Assembly: GCA_035510735.1 (NCBI GenBank)
Contig: DATKGN010000004.1
Location: 7,436 to 71,435, forward strand
Source: Patescibacteria group bacterium
Lineage (GTDB): Bacteria; Patescibacteriota; Microgenomatia; UBA10105; UBA927
Direction: 5' to 3'
Length of the DNA: 64,000 bases
Shown: one piece after another, positions 20,166 to 28,218 of the stretch
Position numbering within the stretch: position 1 is the first letter of the stretch
Layout: each line of letters starts with the position of its first letter
Notes under the pieces: model-generated
Told to the model about the DNA's origin: nothing
The model's input: the letters and a program-made list of their open reading frames with translations, nothing else
Databases searched by the model: none
Position numbers and translations under genes: made by a program

Positions 20166-22232
20166 TTAGTGGATGTCGATAATTTTTTGTTTATAGTATC
20201 CACTAATTGGGAGGGGCTGGCTGGAGAAGAATAGACAATCTTCCCCTGCAAAAGGAAGTTGCTGGCACGCGGAAAGCGTCTTATTGGCCAAATTTTGATT
20301 CTTTAGCCTATAAAGCGCATATGAAGCAAGCTCCAGATGGTAATACGACCACACAGGCTCTAAGAGAGCAGCTTCCGATAACAACGGAACAACTGCGTTG
20401 GGGTCAGTTCTCATTACGCTGAGCCCCCAAAGATAATAAAATTTTGAAAAAAAGTGCCAATTAACAGCAATTGCCTTTGACCCGTGCATTAGTTCGATAA
20501 ACGCCCCAATGAAAAAGGGCGACTGATAATTAATTATTGGTTTGATAACAGACGTTTGTCGTTCCGTCGCGGTTTGAAACAATAAATGCATAAGGCCGGG
20601 CGCAGTTAACCGATCCACAAATTGCGGATGGGACGCAACAAATAAGATGTATTGTCTTTTATCATCTGTGCTTGCTGGGTCCAGTTGTATCGACTCTAAA
20701 AATAATTGGTTGGAAAGATGCGGGTTGTGATCTTCGGTTGCGCGAGCCAGCGCTGCCAAAACATCCGGGTCCCATTTGTGCATAAACAAAATTGCAGAAA
20801 TTTGCCAACGGGGAAAAGCGCGACTCGACGGTAACGAATCCAAATAATCCCTTATGTTTCTTTCGTTTGGAAGCGCTGTGACAAGCGTTATCGTGTCATG
20901 GGGTTTGTAGAATTGTAACGCTGTGTGTGTTGAGTAGACAATATAAAACAGCGCCAATAAACTCAAAAGAACGACCAGTAAGAATATTGGCCCAGCTCGA
21001 CGTGAGTCCGCATTCTCTCGATCTGTGTTCAACATTCCCAAAACCGCCCAAAACAATATCCACACGGTTAAAAAATCAAAAACCATTTCGTAAAAACTAT
21101 ATACAAATAGTAAAATAGCGCCATAGAACAACCCCCACCTAATTATATTATTTCTGGTTATATTTTTTGATCCACCCCGCCGGATTGCACGAAAGCGTTC
21201 CAGAAAAACCAAAATCATGAGAACAAAATACAACATGGCCCCAATAAGACCCATTTCTTCTAATATCTGCAGAGGAAAGCTGTGGGCCCATGTTGATTTA
21301 TCAGCTGTGACTGGTCCGATTTTCGACGCAATCACAAATGTTCCGGGGCCGCTTCCCACAATCGGACTTCTCATAAATCCCGCTATTGCGCCCTCCCAAT
21401 AACCAAACCGGCCATCGTTCCACGGTGGGCTTTTTATAATCTGCTCATGAAGCGGCGCCGTCATTGTGAACCGCGGCGCGTGGAAAAACCCCGTGGAAAT
21501 GCTAAAAACAGTGAGCACGGCCAAAGCAAACAGTAGCGCGCTTATAACAATGGGGAAAACCTTCCGATTGGTAAAACGGCGACGCCAAGCCAATAGCAAC
21601 AAAAATCCGAAAGAAAGCAACCACACGCCTCGGGAAAACGTTAAGACAATGAGGGCGCACCACAAAAAGTATGCGACGATACTGCGAACGGTTGGATATT
21701 GGAGAACATAAAAAGCAAACACCGGCAGAACTAAAAGAAGCAGGTTTGCAACATAATTGTGACCGTACGTTGCAGATAATAAATTCGCCTGCGGCAAAAA
21801 CCGGGAAAGACCAGGGAAAGCCAACAACACAAGCGACACCAGCCCGGTGAAAAGACCGAGAGACACAAAAGACCTAATAAACACGCCGTTGACCCTTGTG
21901 TCGCGCGAAAGACTTCTAAATAACAGAAAGGTCAAATATCCCTCGGCCAACCGCACGAGCCAAGACAAAGAGAGGGCGACGCTGTCGGAAAAAGCCCCCC
22001 GCAGACACGTATAAACTATTAAGCAGGTCCACGCAACGGCAACGGGCTTAGACGGGGCGCCTATATCGATTTTGCTAAAAAACAACAAACCATATAACAA
22101 AATCAGCGTAATTGCAAAAAACTCTTCAACCGCCGCCTGACTCCCGTCACCTAAAAAAAGAGAGATGCATAGGCACGTAAAAAAAATAAAAACAACTGCC
22201 CATTTTACAACCCCGCGGGACATCTTTTGCAT
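20166..22232 (-). CDS. Wzy/O-antigen-ligase-like polytopic membrane protein with a C-terminal extracytoplasmic helical-repeat extension
   Basis: The N-terminal roughly 420 aa have about 11 TM helices and the motif FSRGVWLLSFGFLLLLAWRRR (Wzy_C-like). The C-terminal roughly 260 aa are soluble and repeat-like. It is the second Wzy-like gene of the locus. Confidence 0.6.
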   Translation of the reverse strand: MQKMSRGVVKWAVVFIFFTCLCISLFLGDGSQAAVEEFFAITLILLYGLLFFSKIDIGAPSKPVAVAWTCLIVYTCLRGAFSDSVALSLSWLVRLAEGYLTFLLFRSLSRDTRVNGVFIRSFVSLGLFTGLVSLVLLAFPGLSRFLPQANLLSATYGHNYVANLLLLVLPVFAFYVLQYPTVRSIVAYFLWCALIVLTFSRGVWLLSFGFLLLLAWRRRFTNRKVFPIVISALLFALAVLTVFSISTGFFHAPRFTMTAPLHEQIIKSPPWNDGRFGYWEGAIAGFMRSPIVGSGPGTFVIASKIGPVTADKSTWAHSFPLQILEEMGLIGAMLYFVLMILVFLERFRAIRRGGSKNITRNNIIRWGLFYGAILLFVYSFYEMVFDFLTVWILFWAVLGMLNTDRENADSRRAGPIFLLVVLLSLLALFYIVYSTHTALQFYKPHDTITLVTALPNERNIRDYLDSLPSSRAFPRWQISAILFMHKWDPDVLAALARATEDHNPHLSNQLFLESIQLDPASTDDKRQYILFVASHPQFVDRLTAPGLMHLLFQTATERQTSVIKPIINYQSPFFIGAFIELMHGSKAIAVNWHFFSKFYYLWGLSVMRTDPNAVVPLLSEAALLEPVWSYYHLELASYALYRLKNQNLANKTLSACQQLPFAGEDCLFFSSQPLPISGYYKQKIIDIH

Positions 22233-22299
22233 GTATATACATTTTTACATCAATCGGTTCACTTTGCCATAAGTTGTTCATAAAACGCGTGATTCTTGA

Positions 22300-22452
22300 C
22301 AGGGAGGCATTTCTCTATTACTATTGTGGACAACTTATCCCCAAACCGATCTTCCTTGCTCGCGAGCGCCACGACCTCGCCTCGCAAGAGCGAAAGTTCG
22401 GGGCAAGCCACCAAACCCGCCCATACATTAATCTTGCTTTTATCTTCAAAAT
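22300..22452 (+). promoter_or_regulatory. dnaA upstream region with DnaA-box-like sites
   Basis: TGTGGACAA (reverse of TTGTCCACA) at about 22324-22332, and TTATCCCCA at about 22335-22343, immediately upstream of the dnaA start at 22453. Confidence 0.5.
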
Positions 22453-23817
22453 ATGGACACGGAAAAACTTTGGAAATCAGTGTTAGCAGAACTTGAGCTA
22501 TCTGTCTCAAAAGCGACCTATCAAACTCATTTTGCCCATAGCGCGCTCGTTTCACTCGTAGACAATATCGCAACAATCGGTTTTGCAAACCCGCTCATGC
22601 GAACCCTTGTTGAAACCAGGTATTATTCACTCGTCAAAAGCATCCTTGATCACCATACGCATAATAATATTAGCCTTGTCTTTGCCGTTACGCCGAAAAG
22701 GGAAACGCTCACCCGCAAAGATGCGGGCCCGCTATTCACCCAAACGCTGGAGGACCAGGGGAGCGACGCTCCGATGCTCGCGAGGAGGCTCCACATCAGG
22801 CCAGACGCAACGTTTGAAAACTTTGCCGTATCGACAACCAACCAAATGGCGTATGCGGCGGCAACCGCTGTTGCTAAAACTCCGGGGACCGCATACAATC
22901 CTCTGTTCATCTACGGGGGGGTTGGCGTCGGAAAAACTCACCTCATGCACGCGGTTGCTAACGCCCTTTTGGCGAGAAAGCCCAACACGCGCGTTGTGTA
23001 TTGCATGGGCGAAGAGTTTCTGAACGAAATTATTGAAGCGATTCAAACAAAAACGGCACGCCAGTTTAAGCAAAAATACCGCTCTGCGCAACTTCTCCTG
23101 GTTGACGACGTACAGTTTATCGCAGGAAAACAGACGGCGCAGGAAGAATTTTTTCATACATTTAACGCGGTGCACCGTGAGGGAGGACAAATTATTCTCA
23201 TCTCGGACCGACCGCCAGCCGAAATATCAAAACTCGAAGATCGTCTGAGGAGCCGGTTTGAAGGAGGGCTGACCGTTGATATCGCCGCCCCAGACTTTGA
23301 GCTCCGGGTGGCAATTATTAATATTAAATCTGCAGCCATGGGACTATTGGTTCCCTCTGACGCAGCACAGCTCATCGCCGCAAACCTTCTTGATACGCGC
23401 GCAATTGAAGGCTTTTTGCGGCGCCTGACTACGGAAATCGCTGCGCGCGGAGGATCGGTAACGCAAGAGCTTGTCTCATCACTTTTAAGCATTAAGTCCG
23501 GCCCAAAAAATATAGAAGCCCAAAAACGGCGGGTGCCGCCGCAGGAGCTTTTGGATGTGGTGGCGACATATTTTGGAATAAAACCGACCGCAATTAAGGG
23601 TCCAAAACGCGACCGCCCCCTAGCGAGACCGCGACAGGTTTTTATGTATCTATGTAGGACCGAGCTTGGATTAACGCTTAACGACATTGGCGGCGCGCTT
23701 GGTGGGCGCGACCACACAACCATCATGCACGGCGTTGAGACCATAACGCGCGAGTTGTCCACAAACGAACGATTGAGAGAGGCGGTGGCGGGGATAAAAC
23801 TGAAGGTTTGGGCATAA
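22453..23817 (+). CDS. dnaA: Chromosomal replication initiator protein DnaA
   Basis: The N-terminus is MDTEKLWKSVLAELELSVSKATYQTHF. AAA+ Walker A is YNPLFIYGGVGVGKTHLMHAV, Walker B LLLVDDVQFIAGK, sensor region ILISDRPP, and a C-terminal HTH domain (DHTTIMHGVE). Confidence 0.97.
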   Translation: MDTEKLWKSVLAELELSVSKATYQTHFAHSALVSLVDNIATIGFANPLMRTLVETRYYSLVKSILDHHTHNNISLVFAVTPKRETLTRKDAGPLFTQTLEDQGSDAPMLARRLHIRPDATFENFAVSTTNQMAYAAATAVAKTPGTAYNPLFIYGGVGVGKTHLMHAVANALLARKPNTRVVYCMGEEFLNEIIEAIQTKTARQFKQKYRSAQLLLVDDVQFIAGKQTAQEEFFHTFNAVHREGGQIILISDRPPAEISKLEDRLRSRFEGGLTVDIAAPDFELRVAIINIKSAAMGLLVPSDAAQLIAANLLDTRAIEGFLRRLTTEIAARGGSVTQELVSSLLSIKSGPKNIEAQKRRVPPQELLDVVATYFGIKPTAIKGPKRDRPLARPRQVFMYLCRTELGLTLNDIGGALGGRDHTTIMHGVETITRELSTNERLREAVAGIKLKVWA

Positions 23818-24013
23818 CATACAAAGATTTCCACTTATCCACAAATGTCCGTTTTTTATCCACAATCTTATCCACCCACCAACTAACAATTTTCTCGTTT
23901 TTTAAATCCACAAAAGCTCGCCTTATAACAACCCGTTGACTTGCGGGGGCAAAAGACATACACTTTTCCACGCACGTTTTTATTACTAATACTAATTATA
24001 TTACCTATTCATT
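23818..24013 (+). promoter_or_regulatory. Putative oriC: a DnaA-box cluster plus an AT-rich unwinding element in the dnaA-dnaN intergenic region
   Basis: TTATCCACA at 23835-23843 and at 23856-23864. TTATCCACC at 23868-23876. AAATCCACA at 23904-23912. An AT-rich run TTTTTATTACTAATACTAATTATATTACCTATTCATT lies at about 23975-24012. Confidence 0.75.
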
Positions 24014-25120
24014 ATGACCATTAGCGTACTTCAGGAAAATTTATTACGGGCGCTTGCAAGAACGGGAAGAGTGGTCCCCCTTAAACCCCAGCTCCCGATT
24101 ATTCAAAATATCTTACTTTCAACGGAGGAGGGGCGGCTGAAACTGACAGCCACGAACCTCGAGACAACAGAAACCGTATTGGTCGGGGCGAAGGTAGAAA
24201 AAAACGGAGGAATCTGCGTCTCATCCCGGCTTCTTGGTGAATTTGTCTCCTCACTCCCACAAGAAACGGTTCACCTGTCTCTTAAGGATGGAGCGCTGCT
24301 CGTTCAGTGTGGTGGGTTTCGGGCTTCAATCCCCGGAGTGGCGGCCGAGGAGTTTCCAAGACTTGCAGTAGTTACAAAAGAAAAAGGGGAGGCGATTGAA
24401 AAAGAAAACTTTATAAGGGCCGTTGAGCGGGTCCTTTTCTCGGCCGCAACCGATGAAGGGAGGCCACTTCTGACGGGCGTACGAATCGCGGGGGCGGGAG
24501 ACGACACCACCATCGTCGCGACAGACGGATACAGACTCTCCCTCAATAGAATGAGTCTTAAGACAAAAAAAGAATTAACCCTCCTTATCCCCGCGCGGGC
24601 GCTCGGAGAAGTTTTGAAGGTGGGAGTTGAAGAGAAGAGCGTGAAAGACATCTATATAACTCCGCCCCTCGACGGACAGGTTTCGTTCTTCATCGGGGAC
24701 ACAGAGATTAGAACCAGACTTATTGACGGCGAATATCCAAACATTGAGAAAACGATTCCGACGAAACATAACACCCGCGTGCTCCTTGACCGAAACGGGC
24801 TTGAAAAAGCCGTAAAGGCCGCGTCAATCTTTGCCCGGGACAACGCAAACATCGTGCGGTTTCATGTTGAGAATCAAACGGTTACGATATCGGCAAACAC
24901 CCCGCAGGTCGGGGAGGACCAAATAGATATTGAAGCCAAGGTTGACGGGGAGGGAGGAGACATGGCGTTTAACAGCAGGTTTCTTCTTGAATTCTTAGCC
25001 AATTTTCACGAAGAGGAGCTTTTGTTTGAAATGACGGGGTCACTCAATCCCGGAGTCTTCCGGCCCGTCAAAGACGATTCATACCTTCATATAATTATGC
25101 CCGTGCGGGTACAAAACTGA
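24014..25120 (+). CDS. dnaN: DNA polymerase III beta sliding clamp DnaN
   Basis: MTISVLQENLLRALARTGRVVPLKPQLPIIQNILL...LKLTATNLETTE, with three-domain length (368 aa). Confidence 0.95.
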   Translation: MTISVLQENLLRALARTGRVVPLKPQLPIIQNILLSTEEGRLKLTATNLETTETVLVGAKVEKNGGICVSSRLLGEFVSSLPQETVHLSLKDGALLVQCGGFRASIPGVAAEEFPRLAVVTKEKGEAIEKENFIRAVERVLFSAATDEGRPLLTGVRIAGAGDDTTIVATDGYRLSLNRMSLKTKKELTLLIPARALGEVLKVGVEEKSVKDIYITPPLDGQVSFFIGDTEIRTRLIDGEYPNIEKTIPTKHNTRVLLDRNGLEKAVKAASIFARDNANIVRFHVENQTVTISANTPQVGEDQIDIEAKVDGEGGDMAFNSRFLLEFLANFHEEELLFEMTGSLNPGVFRPVKDDSYLHIIMPVRVQN

Positions 25121-25132
25121 GTGCCGCCCATA

Positions 25133-25780
25133 TTATTGATTGATATACCGAATGACCACGCTGGTGGCATCGCTAACGCCCCGTTGTGCCAGCCAGCTAA
25201 GAAAATTCGTTTTGTTTTGATCGTATGGTTGTGAAAGCATGACCGTGTAGACATCACTGTCATATGAATAATTAACAGCAAAACCCGGCAGTGTTATCGG
25301 TACGCTTTTACGGATATTTTCCAGTGCGGCCCCCTGCGTAGCATACTTTTGTTGATTATTTTGTTCTATCTGATTGAACATCGTGTTCCATCCCGGCGCG
25401 TTATCTATCGCCTGTTGCGTGGTGAACCTTAATATATATGGAGGATTAGTGCTCACGGAAACAGCATATTGGGTTTCCGGCAGGAACATTGATATCGGCT
25501 TGATCTGGATAGAGCTACTTGTGATGCTTATGATGGAAACGTCTGTTGTCGGAGTCACGACGACGGAATATTCTTTTGGTGTGGGGGGGCGATTGAACAC
25601 GATCGTCACGGGTAAAAAGGGGTTGTACGAGGTTCCTTCGGAAGGTGTACTGCTAATGACGGCCAACGGAACGACGGCGGGCGGACGCAATAAAATGTAT
25701 AAAACAATACCCACAACAACAACCAGACTAAATAATACAAGAAGAAGGCGCTGTCTGACAAATTCCAAAAGATTTTTCAT
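25133..25780 (-). CDS. Hypothetical single-pass membrane protein, the last gene of the T4SS-like operon
   Basis: An N-terminal TM helix (LLLVLFSLVVVVGIVLYILL) and a Ser/Thr/Pro-rich extracytoplasmic domain. There is a 4-nt overlap with the upstream gene. Confidence 0.5.
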   Translation of the reverse strand: MKNLLEFVRQRLLLVLFSLVVVVGIVLYILLRPPAVVPLAVISSTPSEGTSYNPFLPVTIVFNRPPTPKEYSVVVTPTTDVSIISITSSSIQIKPISMFLPETQYAVSVSTNPPYILRFTTQQAIDNAPGWNTMFNQIEQNNQQKYATQGAALENIRKSVPITLPGFAVNYSYDSDVYTVMLSQPYDQNKTNFLSWLAQRGVSDATSVVIRYINQ

Positions 25781-28212
25781 TGTGCGGCCCCCTTATTATT
25801 TACGACAAGCCAAATGTTGTCTATATGGTAGTCATAATTAGAAGTTGCCGCGGCGCAGGAATCAACCAAATGGAGCGTTGTGGTCTGTTCCGGGCGGGCA
25901 GGATCGAGTGCGGTTACATCGTTGGTTCCTTTTTGAACGCCGACGATTGCCACAATGTGTCCCGACGGACCGGAATTCGTAAATTTTTCACACCCGCTTG
26001 CGTACACGACGCGCGTACAATCCTGCGGCCGGGATGGGTCGGGTGGCGCATCAAATATACTCTCGAGCTCGTTCGGGTTCATGTGTGTAACACTAAGCCC
26101 TGCGGTCGTCAGGACACCGAAGGATTTGTCATTATCGGTTAGGCAGCTTGGGGCCTCACCCGGCTGAGTGTAAAGATATCCGCCAACCTTATGCTGCTGA
26201 ATCCAGACGTCTACAACCGTGTGTTGTAGGCCAAAACCATTTAGTATCTCCGTCATCGTGGCGCTTCCACACCCCGACGGTCCGATGGCACAGGCGGTGT
26301 TTGGGGCGGTACAGACGCCAACATTGGGGTCAGGGTTTACCGCCGCGCACGTAATACCGCTCCACGCGGAATCGTACTGATATATGTGGGCGTTTGTAAA
26401 ATTCGGACAGATCAACGTAACCTGCGGGGAAGCGCCTTCAACTCCTCCCAAATCTGCCGGGATAAAATTCATCTGATTCGCCTTGTTTTGTGCGGCCGCC
26501 GTCGACCAGAGGAGCACTGCTACGCCGATGGCCAATAGGGGAGCAAGGTATAACGGATTATCATACCACTCTCTTTTTGGCGCGGGTGCGGACAGATAGC
26601 TCTGGATAAGTTCGCCAATTCCGCGGCTTGCAGCGGCCACCCCGCGGTTTGCGCCGGTTGCGACCCAGTTGCCGACCGCGGCGAGCGCCCCCTTTATTTT
26701 ATCCCAGAAGGCGGTTGCAATAAAAACAGCCCACCCCAGGGGGCCTGATAGCCACTCTGCTGCGGCCGCAGGCAAAAATGTACTTAAAAATTTGAGCGCC
26801 GCTCCCTGGGCCGCTTCGCGCGTAAACGTGCCAACAGTCCCGCCCGCCGCCGTTTCGGCAGCAGCCGCGCCGCCGCCCGCCGCTTTATTTACCCCCAGGC
26901 CCACGAGCCAATCCAAAGGAGAAGCTCCCGCCGGAAAAAGCTCCGGATGCCGGCCGTAGGCGACAGAAGCTGCAATCTTGTTTGGATTAAAGTCGGGACT
27001 CGGCTGAAACGTCTGAAGCTCTATGTAATCATACATTTCTTTATTTGAAACTCCGAACCCGGAGAATCCGCTAAATATATTGCTAATGCCACCGCCCCGG
27101 CGCTCTGAAAACTGCTTGTTTCCCTCCATCACCAGAGAATCAAGCGCCTCTTTGTTGACGCCCCGACGGGTCATTTCTTCGACAAATCCCTCGGCTTTTG
27201 TTGCGCCCTCCCAGGTCCTTGCAACAACGTCAGTTATGGTTGTCTGGGTAACGCCGGGGAACACCGTTCTCGCAGCATCAACGAAGGCGCTGTTCATTCG
27301 CGCAATCGGCTGTTTTATAAAACTTTCGGGCGCATTTACGACCGTTGCCATGCGCGACAACCGGATTGCGTCCTCCGCTTTGTCTCCACGCGCAATGGAT
27401 TCAAAAATAATATTAGGGGTAGTTATTTCCGGATTTTTAGCGACGACGTCGATGGATTGAGCAATAGCTGCGAAATCGCGGTCGAGGCCCGTCTCTTCGC
27501 AATATTCGGCAGCCGCACGCTGCGCTTCCTGCTCGTTGGCCGCACCCGTCTTTTGCAGTCGTCTTGATATTTCTGCGCGGGCTTCGTCTGGTGTTAATTG
27601 TGTGAAAGGTTTGTCGATTTCCCGCTTTGCCGCTTCTAATTCTTCCTTCGTTCCGTAGACTTTTTTCTCCTCCAGAATTTTAAAGAACCTCACGACCTTT
27701 GTGTCCGTTTTTTGACGTATTTGTTGAACCGTTGATATCGTCTCCTCCCATGCTTTATCCCGGACCGCACCGCTAACAACCTCAATGGGCGTGCTTTGAT
27801 CAAGTTTTTCGTCGGCTTGTTTAAATTGTGTAAGGTTGCCGGCTCCCTCGGGAACGGGCTCCACTGCAGCGACAAGCTCCGGGCTGTTTGAAACAAGACC
27901 TTTTATGTCAACCACCGCCTCGACGGGCGACTCTGACACCAGCTTCACGACGAATTCAGGGTGGGCGGAAAAATATGCGCGATATTCTTTGTATCCTTCA
28001 GCTTGCCGCAAAAACTCTTTGACCGTGATTCCTTCACCTTTCGTGACGGCATTGTTGTCATTTATCTTGCCCAGGATTTCTTTTGAGAACGCTAAGGCAG
28101 ACTGTTCTTTTGTCTTCTTCGCCCGAGAGTTGGCGGTGTTAACCGTTTGATTTTCTGCCTCCTTGGAAAAAGCATTCGGGGATAGTGTTGTTGCATCAGC
28201 ATCTGTTGCCAT
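25777..28212 (-). CDS. T4SS-associated bitopic protein. It has an N-terminal charged cytoplasmic domain, one TM helix, and a C-terminal papain-like (C39/CHAP-like) Cys/His domain that is a cell-wall hydrolase candidate.
   Basis: 811 aa. The TM helix is LYLAPLLAIGVAVLLWSTAAAQ near residue 540. The C-terminus has SGCGSATMTEILNGFG (Cys nucleophile context) and a downstream SGHIVAIVGVQ (His context). This resembles the peptidoglycan hydrolases of Gram-positive conjugation systems such as PrgK CHAP. The domain assignment is inferred. Confidence 0.5.
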   Translation of the reverse strand: MATDADATTLSPNAFSKEAENQTVNTANSRAKKTKEQSALAFSKEILGKINDNNAVTKGEGITVKEFLRQAEGYKEYRAYFSAHPEFVVKLVSESPVEAVVDIKGLVSNSPELVAAVEPVPEGAGNLTQFKQADEKLDQSTPIEVVSGAVRDKAWEETISTVQQIRQKTDTKVVRFFKILEEKKVYGTKEELEAAKREIDKPFTQLTPDEARAEISRRLQKTGAANEQEAQRAAAEYCEETGLDRDFAAIAQSIDVVAKNPEITTPNIIFESIARGDKAEDAIRLSRMATVVNAPESFIKQPIARMNSAFVDAARTVFPGVTQTTITDVVARTWEGATKAEGFVEEMTRRGVNKEALDSLVMEGNKQFSERRGGGISNIFSGFSGFGVSNKEMYDYIELQTFQPSPDFNPNKIAASVAYGRHPELFPAGASPLDWLVGLGVNKAAGGGAAAAETAAGGTVGTFTREAAQGAALKFLSTFLPAAAAEWLSGPLGWAVFIATAFWDKIKGALAAVGNWVATGANRGVAAASRGIGELIQSYLSAPAPKREWYDNPLYLAPLLAIGVAVLLWSTAAAQNKANQMNFIPADLGGVEGASPQVTLICPNFTNAHIYQYDSAWSGITCAAVNPDPNVGVCTAPNTACAIGPSGCGSATMTEILNGFGLQHTVVDVWIQQHKVGGYLYTQPGEAPSCLTDNDKSFGVLTTAGLSVTHMNPNELESIFDAPPDPSRPQDCTRVVYASGCEKFTNSGPSGHIVAIVGVQKGTNDVTALDPARPEQTTTLHLVDSCAAATSNYDYHIDNIWLVVNNKGAAQ

Positions 28213-28218
28213 GGCGGT

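Noticed and set aside
22259-22588. 109-aa minus-strand ORF overlapping the dnaA promoter and the first 45 codons of dnaA
   Set aside because: It is antisense to a near-certain dnaA start and to the DnaA-box region. It has no recognisable motif. It is most likely a chance ORF.
22583-23834. Overlapping ORFs on both strands across dnaA (22583..23023+, 22732..23190-, 23154..23834-)
   Set aside because: They lie inside dnaA, which has an unambiguous AAA+ domain and HTH. These are alternative-frame artefacts.
25087-25281. 64-aa ORF overlapping the dnaN end and the start of the 215-aa T4SS-operon gene
   Set aside because: It is short, overlaps two better-supported genes, and has no motif.
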